A DNA stretch of 64,000 bases from Auanema rhodensis. Its lineage: Eukaryota > Animalia > Nematoda. The translations under genes and the position numbers were made by a program. Below, in pieces: positions 12,321-27,808 of the stretch (within the stretch, counting starts at the first letter, position 1; every line of letters begins with the position of its first letter). The notes beneath the pieces were generated by a model that worked only from the letters and a program-made list of their open reading frames with translations, was not told the DNA's origin and did no database searches. The stretch lies in the NCBI GenBank assembly GCA_964057225.1, contig CAXKVF010000077.1:828513-892512 (forward strand), in the 5' to 3' direction.

Positions 12321-15300
12321 TCACGTGAAGCGAGTTACATACCAAGTGCACATCACGTGTACATTTAATTAGCATAAATTAAAGTTCACGTAAATTTCAA
12401 AGTCATGGTTACCATGAAGCAATATCAATAAAAATTTGTTTTTAGACTAATATGGACATGGGGAATCTAATTTTGAAAACCGCATCTCTTTATCTTTCAC
12501 GTGAAGCGAGTTACATACCAAGTGCACATCACGTGTACATTTAATTAGCATAAATTAAAGTTCACGTAAATTTCAAAGTCATGGTTATCATGAACCAATA
12601 TCAATAAAAATTTGTTTTTAGACTAATATGGACATGGGGAATCTAATTTTGAAAACCGCATCTCTTTATCTTTCACGTGAAGCGAGTTACATACCAAGTG
12701 CACATCACGTGTACATTTAATTAGCATAAATTAAAGTTCACGTAAATTTCAAAGTCATGGTTACCATGAACCAATATCAATAAAAATTTGTTTTTAGACT
12801 AATATGGACATGGGGAATCTAATTTTGAAAACCGCATCTCTTTATCTTTCACGTGAAGCGAGTTACATACCAAGTGCACATCACGTGTACATTTAATTAG
12901 CATAAATTAAAGTTCACGTAAATTTCAAAGTCATGGTTACCATGAACTAATATCAATAAAAATTTGTTTTTAGACTAATATGGACATGGGGAATCTAATT
13001 TTGAAAACCGCATCTCTTTATCTTTCACGTGAAGCGAGTTACATACCAAGTGCACATCACGTGTACATTTAATTAGCATAAATTAAAGTTCACGTAAATT
13101 TCAAAGTCATGGTTACCATGAAGCAATATCAATAAAAATTTGTTTTTAGACTAATATGGACATGGGGAATCTAATTTTGAAAACCGCATCTCTTTATCTT
13201 TCACGTGAAGCGAGTTACATACCAAGTGCACATCACGTGTACATTTAATTAGCATAAATTAAAGTTCACGTAAAATTCAAAGTCATGATTACCATGAACC
13301 AATATCAATAAAAATTTGTTTTTAGACTAATATGGACATGGGGAATCTAATTTTGAAAACCGCATCTCTTTATTTTTCACGTGAAGCGAGTTACATACCA
13401 AGTGCACATCACGTGTACATTTAATTAGCATAAATTAAAGTTCACGTAAATTTCAAAGTCATGGTTACCATGAACCAATATCAATAAAAATTTGTTTTTA
13501 GACTAATATGGACATGGGGAATCTAATTTTGAAAACCGCATCTCTTTATCTTTCACGTGAAGCGAGTTACATACCAAGTGCACATCACGTGTACATTTAA
13601 TTAGCATAAATTAAAGTTCACGTAAATTTCAAAGTCATGGTTACCATGCACCAATATTAATAAAAATTTGTTTTTAGACTAATATGGACATGGGAAATCT
13701 AATTTTGAAAACCGCATCTCTTTATCTTTCACGTGAAGCGAGTTACATACCAAGTGCACATCACGTGTACATTTAATTAGCATAAATTAAAGTTCACGTA
13801 AATTTCAAAGTCATGGTTACCATGAAGCAATATCAATAAAAATTTGTTTTTAGACTAATATGGACATGGGGAATCTAATTTTGAAAACCGCATCTCTTTA
13901 TCTTTCACGTGAAGCGAGTTACATACCAAGTGCACATCACGTGTACATTTAATTAGCATAAATTAAAGTTCACGTAAATTTCAAAGTCATGGTTACCATG
14001 CACCAATATCAATAAAAATTTGCTTTTAGACTAATATGGACATGGGGAATCTAATTTTGAAAACCGCATCTCTTTATCTTTCACGTGAAGCGAGTTACAT
14101 ACCAAGTGCACATCACGTGTACATTTAATTAGCATAAATTAAAGTTCACGTAAATTTCAAAGTCATGGTTACCATGAACCAATATCAATAAAAATTTGTT
14201 TTTAGACTAATATGGACATGGGGAATCTAATTTTGAAAACCGCATCTCTTTATCTTTCACGTGAAGCGAGTTACATACCAAGTGCACATCACGTGTACAT
14301 TTAATTAGCATAAATTAAAGTTCACGTAAATTTCAAAGTCATGGTTACCATGAACCAATATCAATAAAAATTTGTTTTTAGACTAATATGGACATGGGGA
14401 ATCTAATTTTGAAAACCGCATCTCTTTATCTTTCACGTGAAGCGAGTTACATACCAAGTGCACATCACGTGTACATTTAATTAGCATAAATTAAAGTTCA
14501 CGTAAATTTCAAAGTCATGGTTACCATGCACCAATATCAATAAAAATTGGTTTTTAGACTAATATGGACATGGGGAATCTAATTTTGAAAACCGCATCTC
14601 TTTATCTTTCACGTGAAGCGAGTTACATACCAAGTGCACATCACGTGTACATTTAATTAGCATAAATTAAAGTTCACGTAAATTTCAAAGTCATGGTTAC
14701 CATGAACCAATATCAATAAAAATTTGTTTTTAGACTAATATGGACATGGGGAATCTAATTTTGAAAACCGCATCTTTTTATCTTTCACGTGAAGCGAGTT
14801 ACATACTAAGTGCACATCACGTGTACATTTAATTAGCATAAATTAAAGTTCACGTAAATTTCAAAGTCATGGTTACCATGCACCAATATCAATAAAAATT
14901 GGTTTTTAGACTTATATGGACATGGGGAATCTAATTTTGAAAACCGCATCTCTTTATCTTTCACGTGAAGCGAGTTACATACCAAGTGCACATCACGTGT
15001 ACATTTAATTAGCATAAATTAAAGTTCACGTAAATTTCAAAGTCATGGTTACCATGCACCAATATCAATAAAAATTTGTTTTTAGACTAATATGGACATG
15101 GGGAATCTAATTTTGAAAACCGCATCTCTTTATCTTTCACGTGAAGCGAGTTACATACCAAGTGCACATCACGTGTACATTTAATTAGCATAAATTAAAG
15201 TTCACGTAAATTTCAAAGTCATGGTTACCATGAACCAATATCAATAAAAATTTGTTTTTAGACTAATATGGACATGGGGAATCTAATTTTGAAAACCGCA

Positions 15301-17424
15301 TCTCTTTATCTTTCACGTGAAGCGAGTTACATACCAAGTGCACATCACGTGTACATTTAATTAGCATAAATTAAAGTTCACGTAAATTTCAAAGTCATGG
15401 TTACCATGAAGCAATATCAATAAAAATTTGTTTTTAGACTAATATGGACATGGGGAATCTAATTTTGAAAACCGCATCTCTTTATCTTTCACGTGAAGCG
15501 AGTTACATACCAAGTGCACATCACGTGTACATTTAATTAGCATAAATTAAAGTTCACGTAAATTTCAAAGTCATGGTTATCATGAACCAATATCAATAAA
15601 AATTTGTTTTTAGACTAATATGGACATGGGGAATCTAATTTTGAAAACCGCATCTCTTTATCTTTCACGTGAAGCGAGTTACATACCAAGTGCACATCAC
15701 GTGTACATTTAATTAGCATAAATTAAAGTTCACGTAAATTTCAAAGTCATGGTTACCATGAACCAATATCAATAAAAATTTGTTTTTAGACTAATATGGA
15801 CATGGGGAATCTAATTTTGAAAACCGCATCTCTTTATCTTTCACGTGAAGCGAGTTACATACCAAGTGCACATCACGTGTACATTTAATTAGCATAAATT
15901 AAAGTTCACGTAAATTTCAAAGTCATGGTTACCATGAACTAATATCAATAAAAATTTGTTTTTAGACTAATATGGACATGGGGAATCTAATTTTGAAAAC
16001 CGCATCTCTTTATCTTTCACGTGAAGCGAGTTACATACCAAGTGCACATCACGTGTACATTTAATTAGCATAAATTAAAGTTCACGTAAATTTCAAAGTC
16101 ATGGTTACCATGAAGCAATATCAATAAAAATTTGTTTTTAGACTAATATGGACATGGGGAATCTAATTTTGAAAACCGCATCTCTTTATCTTTCACGTGA
16201 AGCGAGTTACATACCAAGTGCACATCACGTGTACATTTAATTAGCATAAATTAAAGTTCACGTAAAATTCAAAGTCATGATTACCATGAACCAATATCAA
16301 TAAAAATTTGTTTTTAGACTAATATGGACATGGGGAATCTAATTTTGAAAACCGCATCTCTTTATTTTTCACGTGAAGCGAGTTACATACCAAGTGCACA
16401 TCACGTGTACATTTAATTAGCATAAATTAAAGTTCACGTAAATTTCAAAGTCATGGTTACCATGAACCAATATCAATAACAATTTGTTTTTAGACTAATA
16501 TGGACATGGGGAATCTAATTTTGAAAACCGCATCTCTTTATCTTTCACGTGAAGCGAGTTACATACCAAGTGCACATCACGTGTACATTTAATTAGCATA
16601 AATTAAAGTTCACGTAAATTTCAAAGTCATGGTTACCATGCACCAATATTAATAAAAATTTGTTTTTAGACTAATATGGACATGGGAAATCTAATTTTGA
16701 AAACCGCATCTCTTTATCTTTCACGTGAAGCGAGTTACATACCAAGTGCACATCACGTGTACATTTAATTAGCATAAATTAAAGTTCACGTAAATTTCAA
16801 AGTCATGGTTACCATGAAGCAATATCAATAAAAATTTGTTTTTAGACTAATATGGACATGGGGAATCTAATTTTGAAAACCGCATCTCTTTATCTTTCAC
16901 GTGAAGCGAGTTACATACCAAGTGCACATCACGTGTACATTTAATTAGCATAAATTAAAGTTCACGTAAATTTCAAAGTCATGGTTACCATGCACCAATA
17001 TCAATAAAAATTTGCTTTTAGACTAATATGGACATGGGGAATCTAATTTTGAAAACCGCATCTCTTTATCTTTCACGTGAAGCGAGTTACATACCAAGTG
17101 CACATCACGTGTACATTTAATTAGCATAAATTAAAGTTCACGTAAATTTCAAAGTCATGGTTACCATGAACCAATATCAATAAAAATTTGTTTTTAGACT
17201 AATATGGACATGGGGAATCTAATTTTGAAAACCGCATCTCTTTATCTTTCACGTGAAGCGAGTTACATACCAAGTGCACATCACGTGTACATTTAATTAG
17301 CATAAATTAAAGTTCACGTAAATTTCAAAGTCATGGTTACCATGAACCAATATCAATAAAAATTTGTTTTTAGACTAATATGGGCATGGGGAATCTAATT
17401 TTGAAAACCGCATCTCTTTATCTT
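12321..17424 (+). repeat. Duplicated ~12-monomer block at 17-monomer (2992-bp) offset (12321-14432 vs 15313-17424)
   Basis: Paired variants at 12588/15580, 12948/15940, 13275/16267, 13288/16280, 13374/16366, 13658/16650, 13695/16687 and 14023/17015. Confidence 0.92.
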
Positions 17425-20400
17425 TCACGTGAAGCGAGTTACATACCAAGTGCACATCACGTGTACATTTAATTAGCATAAATTAAAGTTCACGTAAATT
17501 TCAAAGTCATGGTTACCATGAAGCAATATCAATAAAAATTTGTTTTTAGACTAATATGGACATGGGGAATCTAATTTTGAAAACCGCATCTCTTTATCTT
17601 TCACGTGAAGCGAGTTACATACCAAGTGCACATCACGTGTACATTTAATTAGCATAAATTAAAGTTCACGTAAATTTCAAAGTCATGGTTACCATGAAGC
17701 AATATCAATAAAAATTTGTTTTTAGACTAATATGGACATGGGGAATCTAATTTTGAAAACCGCATCTCTTTATCTTTCACGTGAAGCGAGTTACATACCA
17801 AGTGCACATCACGTGTACATTTAATTAGCATAAATTAAAGTTCACGTAAATTTCAAAGTCATGGTTACCATGAACCAATATCAATAAAAATTTGTTTTTA
17901 GACTAATATGGACATGGGGAATCTAATTTTGAAAACCGCATCTCTTTATCTTTCACGTGAAGCGAGTTACATACCAAGTGCACATCACGTGTACATTTAA
18001 TTAGCATAAATTAAAGTTCACGTAAATTTCAAAGTCATGGTTACCATGAACCAATATCAATAAAAATTTGTTTTTAGACTAATATGGACATGGGGAATCT
18101 AATTTTGAAAACCGCATCTCTTTATCTTTCACGTGAAGCGAGTTACATACCAAGTGCACATCACGTGTACATTTAATTAGCATAAATTAAAGTTCACGTA
18201 AATTTCAAAGTCATGGTTACCATGAAGCAATATCAATAAAAATTTGTTTTTAGACTAATATGGACATGGGGAATCTAATTTTGAAAACCGCATCTCTTTA
18301 TCTTTCACGTGAAGCGAGTTACATACCAAGTGCACATCACGTGTACATTTAATTAGCATAAATTAAAGTTCACGTAAATTTCAAAGTCATGGTTACCATG
18401 CACCAATATCAATAAAAATTTGTTTTTAGACTAATATGGACATGGGGAATCTAATTTTGAAAACCGCATCTCTTTATCTTTCACGTGAAGCGAGTTACAT
18501 ACCAAGTGCACATCACGTGTACATTTAATTAGCATAAATTAAAGTTCACGTAAATTTCAAAGTCATGGTTACCATGAAGCAATATCAATAAAAATTTGTT
18601 TTTAGACTAATATGGACATGGGGAATCTAATTTTGGAAACCGCGTCTCTTTATCTTTCACGTGAAGCGAGTTACATACCAAGTGCACATCACGTGTACAT
18701 TTAATTAGCATAAATTAAAGTTCACGTAAATTTCAAAGTCATGGTTACCATGAACCAATATCAATAAAAATTTGTTTTTAGACTAATATGGACATGGGGA
18801 ATCTAATTTTGAAAACCGCATCTCTTTATCTTTCACGTGAAGCGAGTTACATACCAAGTGCACATCACGTGTACATTTAATTAGCATAAATTAAAGTTCA
18901 CGTAAATTTCAAAGTCATGGTTACCATGAACCAATATCAATAAAAATTTGTTTTTAGACTAATATGGACATGGGGAATCTAATTTTGAAAACCGCATCTC
19001 TTTATCTTTCACGTGAAGCGAGTTACATACCAAGTGCACATCACGTGTACATTTAATTAGCATAAATTAAAGTTCACGTAAATTTCAAAGTCATGGTTAC
19101 CATGAAGCAATATCAATAAAAATTTGTTTTTAGACTAATATGGACATGGGGAATCTAATTTTGAAAACCGCATCTCTTTATCTTTCACGTGAAGCGAGTT
19201 ACATACCAAGTGCACATCACGTGTACATTTAATTAGCATAAATTAAAGTTCACGTAAATTTCAAAGTCATGGTTACCATGAAGCAATATCAATAAAAATT
19301 TGTTTTTAGACTAATATGGACATGGGGAATCTAATTTTGGAAACCGCGTCTCTTTATCTTTCACGTGAAGCGAGTTACATACCAAGTGCACATCACGTGT
19401 ACATTTAATTAGCATAAATTAAAGTTCACGTAAATTTCAAAGTCATGGTTACCATGAACCAATATCAATAAAAATTTGTTTTTAGACTAATATGGACATG
19501 GGGAATCTAATTTTGAAAACCGCATCTCTTTATTTTTCACGTGAAGCGAGTTACATACCAAGTGCACATCACGTGTACATTTAATTAGCATAAATTAAAG
19601 TTCACGTAAATTTCAAAGTCATGGTTACCATGAACCAATATCAATAAAAATTTGTTTTTAGACTAATATGGACATGGGGAATCTAATTTTGAAAACCGCA
19701 TCTCTTTATCTTTCACGTGAAGCGAGTTACATACCAAGTGCACATCACGTGTACATTTAATTAGCATAAATTAAAGTTCACGTAAATTTCAAAGTCATGG
19801 TTACCATGAACTAATATCAATAAAAATTCGTTTTTAGACTAATATGGACATGGGGAATCTAATTTTGAAAACCGCATCTCTTTATCTTTCACGTGAAGCG
19901 AGTTACATACCAAGTGCACATCACGTGTACATTTAATTAGCATAAATTAAAGTTCACGTAAATTTCAAAGTCATGGTTACCATGAAGCAATATCAATAAA
20001 AATTTGTTTTTAGACTAATATGGACATGGGGAATCTAATTTTGAAAACCGCATCTCTTTATCTTTCACGTGAAGCGAGTTACATACCAAGTGCACATCAC
20101 GTGTACATTTAATTAGCATAAATTAAAGTTCACGTAAATTTCAAAGTCATGGTTACCATGAACCAATATCAATAAAAATTTGTTTTTAGACTAATATGGA
20201 CATGGGGAATCTAATTTTGAAAACCGCATCTCTTTATCTTTCACGTGAAGCGAGTTACATACCAAGTGCACATCACGTGTACATTTAATTAGCATAAATT
20301 AAAGTTCACGTAAATTTCAAAGTCATGGTTACCATGAAGCAATATCAATAAAAATTTGTTTTTAGACTAATATGGACATGGGGAATCTAATTGTGAAAAC

Positions 20401-21472
20401 CGCATCTCTTTATCTTTCACGTGAAGCGAGTTACATACAAAGTGCACATCACGTGTACATTTAATTAGCATAAATTAAAGTTCACGTAAATTTCAAAGTC
20501 ATGGTTACCATGCACCAATATCAATAAAAATTTGTTTTTAGACTAATATGGACATGGGGAATCTAATTTTGAAAACCGCATCTCTTTATCTTTCACGTGA
20601 AGCGAGTTACATACCAAGTGCACATCACGTGTACATTTAATTAGCATAAATTAAAGTTCACGTAAATTTCAAAGTCATGGTTACCATGAAGCAATATCAA
20701 TAAAAATTTGTTTTTAGACTAATATGGACATGGGGAATCTAATTTTGAAAACCGCATCTCTTTATCTTTCACGTGAAGCGAGTTACATACCAAGTGCACA
20801 TCACGTGTACATTTAATTAGCATAAATTAAAGTTCACGTAAATTTCAAAGTCATGGTTACCATGAACCAATATCAATAAAAATTTGTTTTTAGAATAATA
20901 TGGACATGGGGAATCTAATTTTGAAAACCGCATCTCTTCATCTTTCACGTGAAGCGAGTTACATACCAAGTGCACATCACGTGTACATTTAATTAGCATA
21001 AATTAAAGTTCACGTAAATTTCAAAGTCATGGTTACCATGAACCAATATCAATAAAAATTTGTTTTTAGACTAATATGGACATGGGGAATCTAATTTTGA
21101 AAACCGCATCTCTTTATCTTTCACGTGAAGCGAGTTACATACCAAGTGCACATCACGTGTACATTTAATTAGCATAAATTAAAGTTCACGTAAATTTCAA
21201 AGTCATGGTTACCATGAAGCAATATCAATAAAAATTTGTTTTTAGACTAATATGGACATGGGGAATCTAATTTTGAAAACCGCATCTCTTTATTTTTCAC
21301 GTGAAGCGAGTTACATACCAAGTGCACATCACGTGTGCATTTAATTAGCATTAATTAAAGTTCACGTAAATTTCAAAGTCATGGTTACCATGAACCAATA
21401 TCAATAAAAATTTGTTTTTAGACTAATATGGACATGGGGAATCTAATTTTGAAAACCGCATCTCTTTATTTT

Positions 21473-24400
21473 TCACGTGAAGCGAGTTACATACCAAGTG
21501 CACATCACGTGTACATTTAATTAGCATAAATTAAAGTTCACGTAAATTTCAAAGTCATGGTTACCATGAACTAATATCAATAAAAATTTGTTTTTAGACT
21601 AATATGGACATGGGGAATCTAATTTTGAAAACCGCATCTCTTTATCTTTCACGTGAAGCGAGTTACATACCAAGTGCACATCACGTGTACATTTAATTAG
21701 CATAAATTAAAGTTCACGTAAATTTCAAAGTCATGGTTACCATGAAGCAATATCAATAAAAATTTGTTTTTAGACTAATATGGACATGGGGAATCTAATT
21801 TTGAAAACCGCATCTCTTTATCTTTCACGTGAAGCGAGTTACATACCAAGTGCACATCACGTGTACATTTAATTAGCATAAATTAAAGTTCACGTAAAAT
21901 TCAAAGTCATGGTTACCATGAACCAATATCAATAAAAATTTGTTTTTAGACTAATATGGACATGGGGAATCTAATTTTGAAAACCGCATCTCTTTATCTT
22001 TCACGTGAAGCGAGTTACATACCAAGTGCACATCACGTGTACATTTAATTAGCATAAATTAAAAATCACGTAAATTTCAAAGTCATGGTTACCATGAAGC
22101 AATATCAATAAAAATTTGTTTTTAGACTAATATGGACATGGGGAATCTAATTTTGAAAACCGCATCTCTTTATCTTTCACGTGAAGCGAGTTACATACCA
22201 AGTGCACATCACGTGTACATTTAATTAGCATAAATTAAAGTTCACGTAAATTTCAAAGTCATGGTTACCATGAACCAATATCAATAAAAATTTGTTTTTA
22301 GACTAATATGGACATGGGGAATCTAATTTTGAAAACCGCATCTCTTTATTTTTCACGTGAAGCGAGTTACATACCAAGTGCACATCACGTGTACATTTAA
22401 TTAGCATAAATTAAAGTTCACGTAAATTTCAAAGTCATGGTTACCATGAACCAATATCAATAAAAATTTGTTTTTAGACTAATATGGACATGGGGAATCT
22501 AATTTTGAAAACCGCATCTCTTTATCTTTCACGTGAAGCGAGTTACATACCAAGTGCACATCACGTGTACATTTAATTAGCATAAATTAAAGTTCACGTA
22601 AATTTCAAAGTCATGGTTACCATGAACTAATATCAATAAAAATTCGTTTTTAGACTATTATGGACATGGGGAATCTAATTTTGAAAACCGCATCTCTTTA
22701 TCTTTCACGTGAAGCGAGTTACATACCAAGTGCACATCACGTGTACATTTAATTAGCATAAATTAAAGTTCACGTAAATTTCAAAGTCATGGTTACCATG
22801 AACCAATATCAATAAAAATTTGTTTTTAGACTAATATGGACATGGGGAATCTAATTTTGAAAACCGCATCTCTTTATCTTTCACGTGAATCGAGTTACAT
22901 ACCAAGTGCACATCACGTGTACATTTAATTAGCATAAATTAAAGTTCACGTAAATTTCAAAGTCATGGTTACCATGAAGCAATATCAATAAAAATTTGTT
23001 TTTAGACTAATATGGACATGGGGAATCTAATTTTGAAAACCGCATCTCTTTATCTTTCACGTGAAGCGAGTTACATACCAAGTGCACATCACGTGTACAT
23101 TTAATTAGCATAAATTAAAGTTCACGTAAATTTCAAAGTCATGGTTACCATGAAGCAATATCAATAAAAATTTGTTTTTAGACTAATATGGACATGGGGA
23201 ATCTAATTTTGAAAACCGCATCTCTTTATCTTTCACGTGAAGCGAGTTACATACCAAGTGCACATCACGTGTACATTTAATTAGCATAAATTAAAGTTCA
23301 CGTAAATTTCAAAGTCATGGTTACCATGAACCAATATCAATAAAAATTTGTTCTTAGACTAATATGGACATGGAAAATCTAATTTTGAAAACCGCATCTC
23401 TTTATCTTTCACGTGAAGCGAGTTACATACCAAGTGCACATCACGTGTACATTTAATTAGCATAAATTAAAGTTCACGTAAATTTCAAAGTCATGGTTAC
23501 CATGAACCAATATCAATAAAAATTTGTTTTTAGACTAATATGGACATGGGGAATCTAATTTTGAAAACCGCATCTCTTTATCTTTCACGTGAAGCGAGTT
23601 ACATACCAAGTGCACATCACGTGTACATTTAATTAGCATAAATTAAAGTTCACGTAAATTTCAAAGTCATGGTTACCATGAAGCAATATCAATAAAAATT
23701 TGTTTTTAGACTAATATGGACATGGGGAATCTAATTGTGAAAACCGCATCTCTTTATCTTTCACGTGAAGCGAGTTACATACCAAGTGCACATCACGTGT
23801 ACATTTAATTAGCATAAATTAAAGTTCACGTAAATTTCAAAGTCATGGTTACCATGCACCAATATCAATAAAAATTTGTTTTTAGACTAATATGGACATG
23901 GGGAATCTAATTTTGAAAACCGCATCTCTTTATCTTTCACGTGAAGCGAGTTACATACCAAGTGCACATCACGTGTACATTTAATTAGCATAAATTAAAG
24001 TTCACGTAAATTTCAAAGTCATGGTTACCATGAAGCAATATCAATAAAAATTTGTTTTTAGACTAATATGGACATGGGGAATCTAATTTTGAAAACCGCA
24101 TCTCTTTATCTTTCACGTGAAGCGAGTTACATACCAAGTGCACATCACGTGTACATTTAATTAGCATAAATTAAAGTTCACGTAAATTTCAAAGTCATGG
24201 TTACCATGAAGCAATATCAATAAAAATTTGGTTTTAGACTAATATGGACATGGGGAATCTAATTTTGAAAACCGCATCTCTTTATCTTTCACGTGAAGCG
24301 AGTTACATACCAAGTGCACATCACGTGTACATTTAATTAGCATAAATTAAAGTTCACGTAAATTTCAAAGTCATGGTTACCATGAACCAATATCAATAAA

Positions 24401-27400
24401 AATTTGTTTTTAGACTAATATGGACATGGGGAATCTAATTTTGAAAACCGCATCTCTTTATTTTTCACGTGAAGCGAGTTACATACCAAGTGCACATCAC
24501 GTGTACATTTAATTAGCATAAATTAAAGTTCACGTAAATTTCAAAGTCATGGTTACCATGAACCAATATCAACAAAAATTTGTTTTTAGACTAATATGGA
24601 CATGGGGAATCTAATTTTGAAAACCGCATCTCTTTATCTTTCACGTGAAGCGAGTTACATACCAAGTGCACATCACGTGTACATTTAATTAGCATAAATT
24701 AAAGTTCACGTAAATTTCAAAGTCATGGTTACCATGAACTAATATCAATAAAAATTTGTTTTTAGACTAATATGGACATGGGGAATCTAATTTTGAAAAC
24801 CGCATCTCTTTATCTTTCACGTGAAGCGAGTTACATACCAAGTGCACATCACGTGTACATTTAATTAGCATAAATTAAAGTTCACGTAAATTTCAAAGTC
24901 ATGGTTACCATGAAGCAATATCAATAAAAATTTGTTTTTAGACTAATATGGACATGGGGAATCTAATTTTGAAAACCGCATCTCTTTATCTTTCACGTGA
25001 AGCGAGTTACATACCAAGTGCACATCACGTGTACATTTAATTAGCATAAATTAAAGTTCACGTAAAATTCAAAGTCATGGTTACCATGAACCAATATCAA
25101 TAAAAATTTGTTTTTAGACTAATATGGACATGGGGAATCTAATTTTGAAAACCGCATCTCTTTATCTTTCACGTGAAGCGAGTTACATACCAAGTGCACA
25201 TCACGTGTACATTTAATTAGCATAAATTAAAAATCACGTAAATTTCAAAGTCATGGTTACCATGAAGCAATATCAATAAAAATTTGTTTTTAGACTAATA
25301 TGGACATGGGGAATCTAATTTTGAAAACCGCATCTCTTTATCTTTCACGTGAAGCGAGTTACATACCAAGTGCACATCACGTGTACATTTAATTAGCATA
25401 AATTAAAGTTCACGTAAATTTCAAAGTCATGGTTACCATGAACCAATATCAATAAAAATTTGTTTTTAGACTAATATGGACATGGGGAATCTAATTTTGA
25501 AAACCGCATCTCTTTATTTTTCACGTGAAGCGAGTTACATACCAAGTGCACATCACGTGTACATTTACTTAGCATAAATTAAAGTTCACGTAAATTTCAA
25601 AGTCATGGTTACCATGAACCAATATCAATAAAAATTTGTTTTTAGACTAATATGGACATGGGGAATCTAATTTTGAAAACCGCATCTCTTTATCTTTCAC
25701 GTGAAGCGAGTTACATACCAAGTGCACATCACGTGTACATTTAATTAGCATAAATTAAAGTTCACGTAAATTTCAAAGTCATGGTTACCATGAACTAATA
25801 TCAATAAAAATTCGTTTTTAGACTATTATGGACATGGGGAATCTAATTTTGAAAACCGCATCTCTTTATCTTTCACGTGAAGCGAGTTACATACCAAGTG
25901 CACATCACGTGTACATTTAATTAGCATAAATTAAAGTTCACGTAAATTTCAAAGTCATGGTTACCATGAACCAATATCAATAAAAATTTGTTTTTAGACT
26001 AATATGGACATGGGGAATCTAATTTTGAAAACCGCATCTCTTTATCTTTCACGTGAATCGAGTTACATACCAAGTGCACATCACGTGTACATTTAATTAG
26101 CATAAATTAAAGTTCACGTAAATTTCAAAGTCATGGTTACCATGAAGCAATATCAATAAAAATTTGTTTTTAGACTAATATGGACATGGGGAATCTAATT
26201 TTGAAAACCGCATCTCTTTATCTTTCACGTGAAGCGAGTTACATACCAAGTGCACATCACGTGTACATTTAATTAGCATAAATTAAAGTTCACGTAAATT
26301 TCAAAGTCATGGTTACCATGAAGCAATATCAATAAAAATTTGTTTTTAGACTAATATGGACATGGGGAATCTAATTTTGAAAACCGCATCTCTTTATCTT
26401 TCACGTGAAGCGAGTTACATACCAAGTGCACATCACGTGTACATTTAATTAGCATAAATTAAAGTTCACGTAAATTTCAAAGTCATGGTTACCATGAACC
26501 AATATCAATAAAAATTTGTTCTTAGACTAATATGGACATGGGGAATCTAATTTTGAAAACCGCATCTCTTTATCTTTCACGTGAAGCGAGTTACATACCA
26601 AGTGCACATCACGTGTACATTTAATTAGCATAAATTAAAGTTCACGTAAATTTCAAAGTCATGGTTACCATGAACCAATATCAATAAAAATTTGTTTTTA
26701 GACTAATATGGACATGGGGAATCTAATTTTGAAAACCGCATCTCTTTATCTTTCACGTGAAGCGAGTTACATACCAAGTGCACATCACGTGTACATTTAA
26801 TTAGCATAAATTAAAGTTCACGTAAATTTCAAAGTCATGGTTACCATGGAGCAATATCAATAAAAATTTGTTTTTAGACTAATATGGACATGGGGAATCT
26901 AATTGTGAAAACCGCATCTCTTTATCTTTCACGTGAAGCGAGTTACATACCAAGTGCACATCACGTGTACATTTAATTAGCATAAATTAAAGTTCACGTA
27001 AATTTCAAAGTCATGGTTACCATGCACCAATATCAATAAAAATTTGTTTTTAGACTAATATGGACATGGGGAATCTAATTTTGAAAACCGCATCTCTTTA
27101 TCTTTCACGTGAAGCGAGTTACATACCAAGTGCACATCACGTGTACATTTAATTAGCATAAATTAAAGTTCACGTAAATTTCAAAGTCATGGTTACCATG
27201 AAGCAATATCAATAAAAATTTGTTTTTAGACTAATATGGACATGGGGAATCTAATTTTGAAAACCGCATCTCTTTATCTTTCACGTGAAGCGAGTTACAT
27301 ACCAAGTGCACATCACGTGTACATTTAATTAGCATAAATTAAAGTTCACGTAAATTTCAAAGTCATGGTTACCATGAAGCAATATCAATAAAAATTTGGT

Positions 27401-27808
27401 TTTAGACTAATATGGACATGGGGAATCTAATTTTGAAAACCGCATCTCTTTATCTTTCACGTGAAGCGAGTTACATACCAAGTGCACATCACGTGTACAT
27501 TTAATTAGCATAAATTAAAGTTCACGTAAATTTCAAAGTCATGGTTACCATGAACCAATATCAATAAAAATTTGTTTTTAGACTAATATGGACATGGGGA
27601 ATCTAATTTTGAAAACCGCATCTCTTTATTTTTCACGTGAAGCGAGTTAAATACCAAGTGCACATCACGTGTACATTTAATTAGCATAAATTAAAGTTCA
27701 CGTAAATTTCAAAGTCATGGTTACCATGAACCAATATCAATAAAAATTTGTTTTTAGACTAATATGGACATGGGGAATCTAATTTTGAAAACCGCATCTC
27801 TTTATCTT
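21473..27808 (+). repeat. Tandem duplication of an 18-monomer (3168-bp) unit (two-copy local HOR)
   Basis: Paired variants at 21572/24740, 21899/25067, 22064/25232, 22658/25826, 22890/26058, 23353/26521, 23737/26905, 24231/27399 and 24462/27630. Confidence 0.93.

Noticed and set aside
14833-15015. 60-aa minus-strand ORF (MLIKCTRDVHLV...)
   Set aside because: It is just over one satellite monomer read in reverse. Consensus monomers give the same frame with a TAG after 34 codons; here one substitution (GACTAAT>GACTTAT, ~14913) removes it. There is no recognisable domain or gene context, and 176 is not a multiple of 3.
20817-20999. Second 60-aa minus-strand ORF
   Set aside because: It arises from an independent chance loss of the same stop (GACTAAT>GAATAAT, ~20895). 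Two such hits among about 363 copies are unremarkable. The 34-monomer spacing from the first ORF involves different mutations, so it is not a duplication.
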